A DNA stretch of 32,000 nt from Candidatus Baldrarchaeum yapensis. Lineage in GTDB: Archaea > Asgardarchaeota > Baldrarchaeia > Baldrarchaeales > Baldrarchaeaceae. The notes below the pieces were generated by a model, which made no database searches, had not been told where the DNA came from, and saw nothing but the letters and a program-made list of their open reading frames with translations. The stretch spans positions 1 to 32,000 of the forward strand of contig JAEOSH010000007.1 in NCBI GenBank assembly GCA_016840465.1, in the 5' to 3' direction. The position numbers were made by a program, and so were the translations under genes. Each line of letters begins with the position of its first letter. The first letter of the stretch is position 1. Below, in pieces: positions 1 through 11,297 of the stretch.

Positions 1-36
1 GTGCAACCTCCGTTACCTTTAAATCCCTCCCCTAAA

Positions 37-42
37 TTATAA
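37..42 (+). promoter_or_regulatory. Probable TATA box of the tRNA-iMet gene
   Basis: TTATAA preceded by AAA, about 30 nt upstream of the mature tRNA 5' end at 73. A second candidate, TTTAAA, lies at 18-23. Confidence 0.45.
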
Positions 43-72
43 TTTACGAGGAAAAGGAGAGGCCACCCCGGT

Positions 73-189
73 AGCGGGGTGGGGTAGCCAGGTTAGCCCG
101 CGGGAGGCCTGGCCGCGCCTGCAAGGCGCGACCGTCCCGCGAAGCTCATAACCCCGAGGTCCGAGGTTCAAATCCTCGCCCCGCTACCA
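73..189 (+). tRNA. tRNA-iMet: Initiator tRNA-Met (CAT) with intron and encoded CCA
   Basis: Acceptor stem AGCGGGG(73-79)/CCCCGCT(179-185) with the A1-U72 pair of archaeal initiators; D stem GGGT/GCCC; anticodon stem CGGG+G/CCCCG with three consecutive G-C pairs; loop CTCATAA (145-151); T arm CGAGG-TTCAAAT-CCTCG; ACCA at 186-189. Confidence 0.97.
105..143 (+). other. 39-nt tRNA intron at position 30/31 with a relaxed bulge-helix-bulge motif
   Basis: Removing 105-143 restores the anticodon stem. Central helix CGCG(99-102)/CGCG(138-141), bulges GG|A and AA|G, internal hairpin CGCGCC-TGCAA-GGCGCG. Confidence 0.92.
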
Positions 190-375
190 GTCCCCTCTAC
201 TTCTTACAATTTCACCATTGTATCGTGAGTCCTCATCACAGTTCTAATAAATTCTACAATTGTTGAACTGTAAGTTTTCGTCCTGTTTATTTTGTCTCTG
301 GAAGGTTTCCGATGAAATTTAAGATCATTTGAAGCGTATGCCTAAAATTGATGAAAAGAACGTGTTGAACTGATA

Positions 376-1380
376 TTATAGCAACAATGATCCGTTTTTC
401 ATGATTTCCGTTTCGTGCCCATCTTTGTATCTTACCACAACGGTAGGTTCCGTTATTAAGAAATCTATGTGCCCTTTTGACCTATTCCTACCGCCGGGGA
501 AGTCCTCGTTGTTTCCGAATGCTATATGTACCGTTCCGTGGACTTTTTCTGTTTCTAAGAATTCCTTAACAATTCTTGCACGTTTGTTCAATCCTATTGC
601 GAACTCTCCGGTGACGTTGGCGGTTGCGTCTATGTTGAGGGCGTTTGAAATTCTCTTAGATGCGTCGGGATCTGCGCATTCGACGCTTATGACTTTTCCA
701 TCTTTTACTGTCAGTTTTGCGGGATCTTTGAGGGGTCCTATTCCACCAGCGGCGTCTGCCACTATGCATCCGTTCATACTATTTTCGACGGGAGCGACGA
801 GCACCTCTCCCACCGGAAGGTTGACCCAGTTCATGAATCTCTTGCTGATTTCCACATCTGTGAAGAAAGGGCGCCCCATTACCGAGAATGAGATGTCCGT
901 ACCGGAGGAATTCGTCACCCTAATTTCGGCGGCATCTTCAAGTAATAGTATCAGTTTATGTGCGAGGGTTTTCATCTCGCGGTACTCTTCCCTTGTTAGT
1001 GCCATGGCACCTTCGGTGAGCATGTTCATTGTTATACCGGGACAGTGTGCGAGTCTGGTGTTCCCCCGTCGTTCCAGTTCTATCAGTTCTATTCTGAAGG
1101 GTACTTCCTCGATGATTCCTCGTAATACGTTAACAAATACGTCGATAGTGGGTCGGTTTGAGATTATGATTTCCCTGAGGAAATCGGGTACGCTCTTTCT
1201 AGGCGATTCGGGTTCCTTTAGTACAAGCAATCGCGTCCACATGCCTATTGAAATCGCCGCGCGTGAGAATACCTCTGCGATGTCTGCTTTTTCCTCATCC
1301 GCGATGATTAATATTCTCTCCCCAGATGTAGCTTCCAGCACTTCTAGTAGCGCGTTCTTCGCGGCCTCGTCGGCTCTCAT
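376..1380 (-). CDS. M29-family (AmpS/AmpT-like) thermophilic aminopeptidase
   Basis: 334 aa. Motifs NLPVGEV, GEFAIGLN, ETEKVHGTVHIAFG and GHIDFL; RBS GGGTGA upstream of the ATG. Confidence 0.85.
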   Translation of the reverse strand: MRADEAAKNALLEVLEATSGERILIIADEEKADIAEVFSRAAISIGMWTRLLVLKEPESPRKSVPDFLREIIISNRPTIDVFVNVLRGIIEEVPFRIELIELERRGNTRLAHCPGITMNMLTEGAMALTREEYREMKTLAHKLILLLEDAAEIRVTNSSGTDISFSVMGRPFFTDVEISKRFMNWVNLPVGEVLVAPVENSMNGCIVADAAGGIGPLKDPAKLTVKDGKVISVECADPDASKRISNALNIDATANVTGEFAIGLNKRARIVKEFLETEKVHGTVHIAFGNNEDFPGGRNRSKGHIDFLITEPTVVVRYKDGHETEIMKNGSLLL

Positions 1381-1407
1381 GCACTCACCCTAGGTGCGCG
1401 TGGTCTA

Positions 1408-1932
1408 TTAGTAATTAATGTCGCTCTTCTGTCTTTTTAGTTTCCATTTAAAAAGGCAGAAGTTCCCGCCTAGTCCTATTTCCGAGTCCCGCTCGAAGGA
1501 GACGTTGGGGTTTATTGCTCGGGTCCATTCTCGATACAAGTTAATGCAGATTTTACTGCATATATCGGGTATTATTGAGTGTCTATCCGCTTTTCGCAAA
1601 CCGTCGACCCATGGGCAACGCAACACTTTTACGATGCACTCTTCGTCGGATTTCTTTACTACCTCATAATTCCAGCCTTCTAGTTTCCAGCGCACCTCTA
1701 TCGTCTCGAAAATGGAGGACGGGTCTTCTCCCTCTATTCCGTACATTTTCTTTATCCTAGTAGCGACTCTCTTTGCGAACTCCGTCCATACTTCGTTATC
1801 GAGTTCGAGTGCGGCAGCGTAGCCGAATTTGTTTTCCACAAGCCTGAACCAAAGTCCATCGACGAGCATGTACATTTTCTTGAGAAGTTCTATATCTCGT
1901 TGTGCAGAGAGGGATGAGGATCTGCGCGTCAT
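1408..1932 (-). CDS. DUF6125-like protein (ATC-hydrolase/V4R-related fold)
   Basis: DGLWF...ALELDNEVW N-terminus, CPW and C..IC cysteine pattern, and a C-terminal C.F.W. ATG at 1932; the ORF track uses TTG 1935. Confidence 0.65.
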   Translation of the reverse strand: MTRRSSSLSAQRDIELLKKMYMLVDGLWFRLVENKFGYAAALELDNEVWTEFAKRVATRIKKMYGIEGEDPSSIFETIEVRWKLEGWNYEVVKKSDEECIVKVLRCPWVDGLRKADRHSIIPDICSKICINLYREWTRAINPNVSFERDSEIGLGGNFCLFKWKLKRQKSDINY

Positions 1933-1955
1933 CAATAAAAGTAGGGGTCACGTAG

Positions 1956-1962
1956 TTATAAA
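1956..1962 (-). promoter_or_regulatory. TATA box for the DUF6125-like gene (probably a leaderless transcript)
   Basis: TTTATAA on the minus strand 24-30 nt upstream of ATG 1932. Confidence 0.45.
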
Positions 1963-2018
1963 GGTTTCATGGTTAGTGGGTAATAAAATATATGAGAGCG
2001 GGAAGTGAAAATATCACT

Positions 2019-2074
2019 GCCGATGATGAATTCCGGCGTTTAGGAGAGGATGACTGGCGGCACCTTTCTGAGGC
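2019..2074 (+). ncRNA. Box C/D 2'-O-methylation guide sRNA
   Basis: C box ATGATGA (2023-2029), guide ATTCCGGCGTTT (2030-2041), D' AGGA (2042-2045), C' AGGATGA (2047-2053), guide CTGGCGGCACCTTT (2054-2067), D box CTGA (2068-2071). Terminal stem GCC/GGC with a 3-nt bulge gives canonical K-turn geometry. AT-rich TATA-like tract at 1984-1993. Confidence 0.85.
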
Positions 2075-2105
2075 GTCTCATATTTATCGTATTTCAGAGA
2101 GAGTT

Positions 2106-2659
2106 GTGGGAGTACCTTTTCCGAGAGAGAAGTATGAGCAAAGGCTATCCAAGGTTAGGAGGAACGCCGAGGAGGAAGGATTTGACGCCGTTATAACGTG
2201 TGTCGAGGAGGATATTTATTATCTGATGGGCATCGCGTTCAGGATGTTTGAATGTCCCTTCATTCTCGTGGTGCTGGTCAAGGACACTTCCTTAATCCTG
2301 TTACCGCTACTCGAGGAGGATTATTTTCTGTCGCAGATGGCAATGAAATTCGGGCATGAAATGTATGATGAGTAATCGCATTCCGAAGAACGATAATATA
2401 TTGCGATATTGCTTGAGAAAATTGGAGAATAGAAGACGATTTATGTGTTACTAGAGGCTAATTTGAGATTTGGGCATGACATGACTGCAAAGAATTGCAA
2501 AGAGCAGCAAAAAGGTGCATGTAAATGCGTTTTGCAGAGGCTCTGTTTTATCAAGACGGGTAAGGAAATAGATGGAAGATGAGAAGGGTTTCCGCCGCAA
2601 ATGCATCAAAAGGTTACAAAAGTAGCGGAGAGTCGGAACGGTATATTACAGGTCTGTAG
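2106..2659 (+). pseudogene. Decayed M24 (Xaa-Pro peptidase/creatinase-like) gene
   Basis: Creatinase-N-like segment FPREKYEQRLSKVRR...GFDAVI...DIYYLMG continues in frame through stops TAA 2373, TAA 2394 and TAG 2430 to LQRLCFIKTGKEID (the R.IK..eEI linker), then shifts frame to MRR...ASKG. The catalytic domain is absent. Confidence 0.75.
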
Positions 2660-2688
2660 GAAGACTAAATAAGATTGTCCATTCGTAT

Positions 2689-3258
2689 TTAGGCAAACTT
2701 CTCGTTAACAAAGACTCTGAGCCTTGCGCCCTCGTCAAGTATAAGGGATGAACTCGGAAATTTCAGCAGTTGAAATGAAGATATAATGTCCCACACAGAA
2801 GCACCAGTATTTGCTGCGATCAGCACTGCGATCTCGGTTCTGAATGGAGAAAGGATTACCAGCAGAAATAAGAACACAAAATTTAAAGCTAGAAGGGGAG
2901 TTAAAAGCACGAAAATGGCACTATTCCTCCTAAGCGGTTGAAATGACGCAACATAAACGGCCAGAATAAGAACCTTGTATTTTATTTTCACCCCAACACG
3001 AGGTCTTCCCCTTCTCATCAAAATAACAACTGCATGTATAATCTCATGTAACGGTACTATCGCCAGTATCAGAAGTCCTGCCTTTAATAGTTCCAATGGG
3101 CTCTTTAGGAACCGAAAACCAGTATTAAAGACATAGTGTATTAATACATAAGTTCCGGCCATCAGCAAAAAGCCAAGAACGGTCGAAAACTCAAGGTTTG
3201 GTTCAACGATATATTCCTTTACGGATCTGCCCTCACTACATGTCTGATGACGAGTCAT
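2689..3258 (-). CDS. DUF3267-like membrane zincin-type metalloprotease
   Basis: HEIIH (HExxH) after a hydrophobic helix, several TM segments, and an NTGASVWD motif resembling the N..G...D consensus. Confidence 0.75.
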   Translation of the reverse strand: MTRHQTCSEGRSVKEYIVEPNLEFSTVLGFLLMAGTYVLIHYVFNTGFRFLKSPLELLKAGLLILAIVPLHEIIHAVVILMRRGRPRVGVKIKYKVLILAVYVASFQPLRRNSAIFVLLTPLLALNFVFLFLLVILSPFRTEIAVLIAANTGASVWDIISSFQLLKFPSSSLILDEGARLRVFVNEKFA

Positions 3259-3342
3259 TAACTGGCACCCGCATTAAGACTTAAGAGGATGCCAGCAAAA
3301 ATGCCAATATAAACTTATTCAGCACGAAAACTGGTGGGTTTC

Positions 3343-4251
3343 ATGAAAAGAGCGAAAGCTTTCTGCCCAGGACATATAACCGCGTTTTTCGAGATATGTA
3401 CTGAGGACCCTGATCCTCTTAAAAAGGGCTCTCGGGGAGCGGGCGTTTCAATAAGCAGAGGTGTGGTAACAATAGTCGAACTTAGAGAGTCCGATCGGAC
3501 AACTGTGAACGTATACATAAACGGAGAAGTTTCGGACGCGCCGGTTAGCAAAACAGCAGCATTAAAAATATTAAATCTTGTTGATGATAAGTACGACGTA
3601 CGCATTTTCCATGAGCTGGAAATACCCGTGGGCGCGGGGTTCGGAGCAAGTGGAGCCGGCGCGTTCAGCACAGCAATAGCAATCTCTATGGCATTGAACC
3701 TCCCCTTAACCCTAACAAAGATTGCACAAATAGCTCATATATCAGAAATAGAGTGCATGACGGGACTTGGCGACGTAATTGCTCAATTTCACGGAGGTGT
3801 TGAAATAAGAACAAAGGCGGGAGCCCCCGGTGTGGGTGAGGTACAAAAAATATTGGTAGACCCAGATGTGAGGGTCGTATGTGCATCCTCAGGGGTCATA
3901 GAGACCAAGAAGATTCTCGCAGACCCCGGAAAACGCAAGAAGATAAACATGATCGGGCGATCCTTTATAGAGCAGATAATCAAAACACCGACTATAACCA
4001 GATTGATGGAATTGGGTAGAATGTTTAGTGTAAAGACGGGCCTGGCATCGCTAAAAGTATTGAAGATCCTAAAGGAGTTTGAAAACGTGGGCATTGGGGG
4101 AGCCAGCATGGTTATGCTGGGAGAATCAATCTTCTGTTTCGCATGGAAGGAAGATGCTCAGATGATCGCTGAAAGTTTCAAAAAGTTTATGCCGGACGCA
4201 TGGGTTTCTGTTGCAGAGATAGATTTCTGTGGCGCACGTCCCATATGGTGA
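3343..4251 (+). CDS. pok: Pantoate kinase (GHMP kinase family)
   Basis: [25 protein letters not shown] (GHMP motif), [11 protein letters not shown] and [11 protein letters not shown] 3343 follows RBS GGTGG. Adjacent to PPS. Confidence 0.92.
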   Translation: MKRAKAFCPGHITAFFEICTEDPDPLKKGSRGAGVSISRGVVTIVELRESDRTTVNVYINGEVSDAPVSKTAALKILNLVDDKYDVRIFHELEIPVGAGFGASGAGAFSTAIAISMALNLPLTLTKIAQIAHISEIECMTGLGDVIAQFHGGVEIRTKAGAPGVGEVQKILVDPDVRVVCASSGVIETKKILADPGKRKKINMIGRSFIEQIIKTPTITRLMELGRMFSVKTGLASLKVLKILKEFENVGIGGASMVMLGESIFCFAWKEDAQMIAESFKKFMPDAWVSVAEIDFCGARPIW

Positions 4252-5063
4252 TGAATATGGAAGTGCCGGAAGGACATCCTCGTGCCGAGTCGCTCAGAAT
4301 AAGGGAGAAGTTGATAAGAGGATTCGAAATGGGAGTCGTTGCAAAGGCGGGCCTCATAGCACATGGAAGAGGTGAAGCTTTTGATTATATAATTGGGGAA
4401 GAAACAATAGAGCCGGCAATGAATGCAATAAGAGCGGCGGTAGCCCTCATGCTGACCGCAGAACACCCCGTCATTAGTGTGAATGGAAACACTGCAGCAT
4501 TGGTTCCCAAGGAGATAGTCGAACTGGCAAAGTTGGTTAATGCGAAGATAGAGGTGAACATATTCTATCATTCCCCCGAGAGGGTCAACGCCATAAGAAG
4601 GTTGCTCGAAGACGCGGGCGCCGAGGAGATTCTGGGAATTGACGACCAATATAAGACCACAATACCGGAGATATCGAGCATGAGAAGATATGTTGATGTT
4701 CGTGGGATCTATAAGGCGGACGTGGTCCTAGTACCACTGGAAGATGGAGACCGCACCGAGGCCCTCGTGAAACTCGGAAAGAAGGTAATTGCTATAGATT
4801 TGAACCCGCTGAGCAGAACCGCCCAGTGGGCGACCATAACAATAGTCGACAACATTGTGCGATGCGTGCCGTTAATGTGCGATATCGCAAGGGAACTGAG
4901 AGGGAGGGATAGGCAGGAACTCGGGAGAATAGTAGAGAAATTTGATAACAGAGAAAACTTAAAACTTGTGATAAGGCACATTCTCGAAAGGTTGTCTGAA
5001 TTGTCGAAAAAGGGTATTTATCTTCCAGAGGTATCGGAAGTCTTCAAAGAGATGAGAGAATGA
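4251..5063 (+). CDS. pps: Phosphopantothenate synthetase (4-phosphopantoate--beta-alanine ligase)
   Basis: [37 protein letters not shown] and [14 protein letters not shown] stop/start overlap with pok; the start could also be 4257. Confidence 0.93.
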   Translation: MNMEVPEGHPRAESLRIREKLIRGFEMGVVAKAGLIAHGRGEAFDYIIGEETIEPAMNAIRAAVALMLTAEHPVISVNGNTAALVPKEIVELAKLVNAKIEVNIFYHSPERVNAIRRLLEDAGAEEILGIDDQYKTTIPEISSMRRYVDVRGIYKADVVLVPLEDGDRTEALVKLGKKVIAIDLNPLSRTAQWATITIVDNIVRCVPLMCDIARELRGRDRQELGRIVEKFDNRENLKLVIRHILERLSELSKKGIYLPEVSEVFKEMRE

Positions 5064-5081
5064 AGAAAAGTATACGGCGTT

Positions 5082-5954
5082 TTATTGCTTCTCCACGAGC
5101 CAGGACCCCAATACTATCAGCACACCACCAAATATCACCGGGAGAGAAAGATACTCTCCCAATAGCACTTGTGCCAGCACCGCCGCTACTACCACCTCCA
5201 TAAGCAAATAAACCGCGGATGAAGAGACCCTTATCACCTTGAGACTCAAATACCACAGAAAGAACGGAGCAACAGTGCAAGCAGCTGCAGTGTACAGGAT
5301 TGCAATCCAGCCACGAAGATCCGGAACCGTGTGCTCGAACATGAATATCGGGGTAAGAAAGATAGCCGTATATATCAGCATTAAGAAGGAAACGGCAGTT
5401 GCATCAACATTTGAATCCTTAAGTACACTCTTCGATGCAACCATGTAAATCGACCAGACAAAACCCGCCAAAATGCATAGAACATCTCCTATTATCCTTC
5501 CAGAGAGCAGTATCGACAAATCACCATTACTAACTAGTATGATGACACCTACGAATGCCGCAAGTACGCCAGCCGACCTTACAAGTGTTAGTTTTTCATC
5601 TAATACGAAATGCGATATTATTGCGACGAAAATGGCAGTAGTGTTCACAAGGATGGAAGCCTTTGCCGCGGTTGTCCATTGCATCCCTATAAATTGCAGA
5701 AAATACGCAACGGCATTTGTGAATCCTAAGAACATTATTAATCGTTTATTCAAAAGAATCCTCATAGAAAAGCTAAATGTTCTCTTAAATAATGGATAGA
5801 GCAGGATAAGAATCCCGGAAGCCATCAAAAATCTATACGCAACAAAAACAGCGGGCGATAAGTATTGCAACCCCCACTTTATCGCCACAAAGGAAGTACC
5901 CCACAGAAATGCCGCCATAAGCGTTAAAGCCCGCGCCTCGGCAGTCTTATTCAT
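5082..5954 (-). CDS. DMT/EamA-family transporter
   Basis: About 10 TM helices in two EamA repeats (LWGTSFVAIK, YRFLMA, G..LIVLG). ATG 5954 follows GGTGG. Confidence 0.9.
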   Translation of the reverse strand: MNKTAEARALTLMAAFLWGTSFVAIKWGLQYLSPAVFVAYRFLMASGILILLYPLFKRTFSFSMRILLNKRLIMFLGFTNAVAYFLQFIGMQWTTAAKASILVNTTAIFVAIISHFVLDEKLTLVRSAGVLAAFVGVIILVSNGDLSILLSGRIIGDVLCILAGFVWSIYMVASKSVLKDSNVDATAVSFLMLIYTAIFLTPIFMFEHTVPDLRGWIAILYTAAACTVAPFFLWYLSLKVIRVSSSAVYLLMEVVVAAVLAQVLLGEYLSLPVIFGGVLIVLGSWLVEKQ

Positions 5955-6058
5955 ATAACCACCGATCCTCATAAGTCCACGTGTTGTGCACGGGAGGCTA
6001 GATAACTTCAAACGGCTATTTAACTCTTAAGAAATGGAAGTACAGTAAGGGTGAAAGC

Positions 6059-6805
6059 ATGTCTGATGTGTGGCCTGAGAAAAAGCGAGCATCCCTCGTG
6101 ATAACGATAAACTTATCGGAGAAAACCGCAGGTGGTGCCACGGCATCTGCACAACTAAACTACGGGATAAGAAGGGGGATTCCGAAAATCCTAAAGATAC
6201 TTGACGAAAACCGGTTGAAGGCGACTTTTTTCGTTTCAAAGGACTTTTTCGTCAAATACCGAAATATAATAGCTGAAATATATAGTCGAGGGCACGAAAT
6301 AGCGCTGTTGATCGATAAAAAACTCAAAGATGCCGAAAACGAAATAAAAGTGTCAGTAAGAACTTTTCTTGAGGAAAAATATAAACCGTTGGGCATTAGA
6401 ATACTAAAACGGGAAGAACTAACAAATTATATGATAATAGCGGCAAATATTGGAATTCTTTATGACAGTTCTCTTCCAAGCAATGACTTTCCACACGTTA
6501 TCGACGAGTTGGGTATCATCGAGATACCCTACTTCGAGTATCTCGTCGACATAAACGTATTCGATAAAAAATTGAAAACGCCCGCCGAGGCATATGAATT
6601 GCTACTATCAGAATTAGATAGCGCGTATGAAGAGGGATCTCTGCTAACATTAGTCTTTCATCCCTCGTGTATCGCGAGACCCCCTCGCCTGAGAGTACTA
6701 AACGACCTGTTAATACAAGCACAGCGTTATAAGGGTCTATGGATAGCTAGAGCGGCCAAAGTTGCCGAATGGATCCGTGAAAGGACAAAAAGCGAATTTC
6801 GTTGA
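6059..6805 (+). CDS. Polysaccharide deacetylase (NodB/CE4)-fold protein with degenerate metal motifs
   Basis: YG..RGIPKIL.ILD...LKATFFV, GHEIA, YDSS, IEIP and LVFHP. Motif 1 (TxD) and motif 2 (HxxxH) are not intact. Confidence 0.7.
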   Translation: MSDVWPEKKRASLVITINLSEKTAGGATASAQLNYGIRRGIPKILKILDENRLKATFFVSKDFFVKYRNIIAEIYSRGHEIALLIDKKLKDAENEIKVSVRTFLEEKYKPLGIRILKREELTNYMIIAANIGILYDSSLPSNDFPHVIDELGIIEIPYFEYLVDINVFDKKLKTPAEAYELLLSELDSAYEEGSLLTLVFHPSCIARPPRLRVLNDLLIQAQRYKGLWIARAAKVAEWIRERTKSEFR

Positions 6806-6874
6806 CACATGAAAATGCTTTTATTCCTCGAAGCATAAGAATAACGTGTCTCAGAATGAAACGGAGGACACTGA

Positions 6875-7684
6875 ATGCCATACTGCCAGTACTGTGGTAA
6901 AGAGATTGTTCTTCCATTTGTATGTAAGTACTGTGGAGGCATTTTCTGTGAAGACCACAGGCTTCCCGAGGCCCACGATTGCCCATATATGCCTCGTGTC
7001 AAAGAATGGGTCATTCGTCCTACAGTTTACGTTCCGGTCCCACCGCCACCACCCGCCCCAGCACCACAGATAGTTGAAGTAAAGAAAGCTAGATTCAGCA
7101 GCACTGAGATAATGCACCTATTTATAGGATGTATACTGATATTGCTCGTAGGATTCTCGTTATTCATGGATCCACGTTTCATCTTCGGCGTAGAACCGTT
7201 TATGGCATTCTTACTCGCGTTATCGTTCATACCGGCTTTCTTGTTTCATGAACTCGCTCATAAGTTCGTTGCCCAGAGGTATGGGTGCTGGGCAGAGTTT
7301 CGTCTCATAGAATGGGGCCTCATCTTAACATTACTTTCAATTCTCCCCTACTCTCCCCTTAAAATCATAGCACCGGGGGCCGTGATGATAGCTGGGGGGT
7401 ATGATAGGGACGTTGTTGGGAAGATAGCGCTCGCGGGTCCCTGTATAAACCTGGCGTTGGCTCTCATCTCATTGCCCCTGTACTTCATTTTCGCCACAAA
7501 TCCGATAATTGCAGGGCTGATGAGGTTTAACATCTACCTTAACAGTTTCTTAGGTCTCTTTAACATGTTGCCACTCGGAATACTGGATGGAAAGAAGGTA
7601 TTCGACTGGCGACCCGACATCGGAATCATTACGCTTGCAGCTCTCGCGGCTCTCTTTGGAATCTCAATAATGTATCTTTTGTAG
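6875..7684 (+). CDS. AN1-type zinc finger fused to an M50 site-2 protease
   Basis: N-terminal C..C(10)C..C....C..H......HDC AN1 pattern, Pro-rich linker PVPPPPPAPAP, TM helices, HELAH, and FNMLPLGILDG (NPDG motif). RBS GGAGG. Confidence 0.88.
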   Translation: MPYCQYCGKEIVLPFVCKYCGGIFCEDHRLPEAHDCPYMPRVKEWVIRPTVYVPVPPPPPAPAPQIVEVKKARFSSTEIMHLFIGCILILLVGFSLFMDPRFIFGVEPFMAFLLALSFIPAFLFHELAHKFVAQRYGCWAEFRLIEWGLILTLLSILPYSPLKIIAPGAVMIAGGYDRDVVGKIALAGPCINLALALISLPLYFIFATNPIIAGLMRFNIYLNSFLGLFNMLPLGILDGKKVFDWRPDIGIITLAALAALFGISIMYLL

Positions 7685-7798
7685 CAATGTATCTCAAACG
7701 TACCCCTCCCTGTAACGATTCCTTTATATCCCGTCTTCCGTTACTTAAGAGTAAAGGAGAACTGAAAATGTCAAATTCAAATGCAGAGAGGCCTGTGA

Positions 7799-10069
<2,271 letters not shown>

Positions 10070-10070
10070 G

Positions 10071-11297
10071 GTGTTATACTTGAAAGAATCGGACATCTTG
10101 GTGGTCGGTGGGGGCCCCTCTGGTCTACTTTTTTCTACGTTGGCAGCAAGAGAGGGACTAAGAGTAACGGTCTTAGACAAATGGGATCCTCCCAATTTTC
10201 GTAAGCCGTGCGGTGGTATGCTCACACTCAGGGCAATCAAGAGGTTCAAGATAAGGACCGAAGGGGATGCTAGAGGAATAAACAAAATAAGAGTAAACAC
10301 ACCAGTCGGTGTTTTTGAAAAATCCTTTAGACGTGCCATCTGCATAAATATGGATAGGCGAGATCTGATAAGGCAACTGGCCGAAAGAGCAGAAAGCGAA
10401 GGGGTGAGAATAGTAACAAGGTCATATGTGCGTGCAGTGAGAATAAAGAACCAGAATATTAAGGTATACACTAAGAATGACGCACTAGAGGCGGTTCTCC
10501 TTGTGGGAGCGGATGGTGTAAATTCCGTTGTACGAAGGCAAATTTTCAAACAGAAACTACTAGCCGACAGACTTGGGTTCTGTGTACAATACTTAATAGA
10601 AGCCGATGAGCGGAAAGTAAATTCCTTATTCAATGATACAAACTTTTTCTTTTACGGAAGGCAGTATTCCCCATATGGATACGCTTACATCTTCCCGCGA
10701 AAAAACACCGTCGCCGTGGGCGTCGGTGCGCTTTTTTCAAAAATAGATAGGCGGTTAACGGAGTACCTTAATCGATTTATCTCAAAAAATAAATCCATGA
10801 GAGAACTTCTTGAAAACTCTAGAAGTGTGAAACTGGAGGGATATTATGTCCCCTTATGCGGATTTCTTGAAAACATAGTTGCAAATTCATGCGTTCTAAT
10901 AGGTGATGCTGCCGGAACGGTGTCTCCCATCACTGGTGAGGGACTGTACTATTCGATGACGTCAGCCGAGATAGCTTTCCAAGCTGTTAAAGCGGCGTTT
11001 GAAAACGAAGACACATCAATATCATTTCTAAAGGAACACTATGTCAAACCCCTAAATAACGTCATAGGAAGTGATCTTACATGGGGATTTAGGCTAATGA
11101 AACTCTTTAAAACTGGATTTTCGCTGGGAGAAACTCTTAGCAAAACAGCAGTCAGCGTAGGGGATGAAGTCGTGAATATAATTGCTGGTGTAAAACCATA
11201 CATTCATTGCATACTAGCAGCTCTTCCTCAGGTGGTCCGTACTCTGGGAGTCAGCACAATACGCAGGCTATTCGGGCGAGTAGATTCTCAAATGTGA
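10071..11297 (+). CDS. Geranylgeranyl reductase-family FAD oxidoreductase
   Basis: GGGPSG dinucleotide motif, KPCGG, VGADG..S, GYAYIFP and LIGDAAG.VSP.TGEG. Starts 2 nt after the cdc48 stop. Confidence 0.88.
   Translation: MLYLKESDILVVGGGPSGLLFSTLAAREGLRVTVLDKWDPPNFRKPCGGMLTLRAIKRFKIRTEGDARGINKIRVNTPVGVFEKSFRRAICINMDRRDLIRQLAERAESEGVRIVTRSYVRAVRIKNQNIKVYTKNDALEAVLLVGADGVNSVVRRQIFKQKLLADRLGFCVQYLIEADERKVNSLFNDTNFFFYGRQYSPYGYAYIFPRKNTVAVGVGALFSKIDRRLTEYLNRFISKNKSMRELLENSRSVKLEGYYVPLCGFLENIVANSCVLIGDAAGTVSPITGEGLYYSMTSAEIAFQAVKAAFENEDTSISFLKEHYVKPLNNVIGSDLTWGFRLMKLFKTGFSLGETLSKTAVSVGDEVVNIIAGVKPYIHCILAALPQVVRTLGVSTIRRLFGRVDSQM

Noticed and set aside
309-373. Second C/D-like arrangement (CCGATGA...TTGA...TTGATGA...CTGA)
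   Set aside because: C box has two mismatches, there is no terminal stem, guides are AT-rich and no target was recognised.
401-1393. 330-aa plus-strand ORF
   Set aside because: Antisense shadow of the M29 aminopeptidase; Ser/Thr-rich and without motifs.
1992-2105. N-terminal 38 codons of the track ORF 1992..2375
   Set aside because: They overlap the C/D sRNA and its promoter; family-like sequence only begins near GTG 2106.
2373-2432. Possible programmed stop-codon readthrough in the M24 gene
   Set aside because: Mixed TAA/TAG stops plus a frameshift and a missing catalytic domain fit decay, not recoding.
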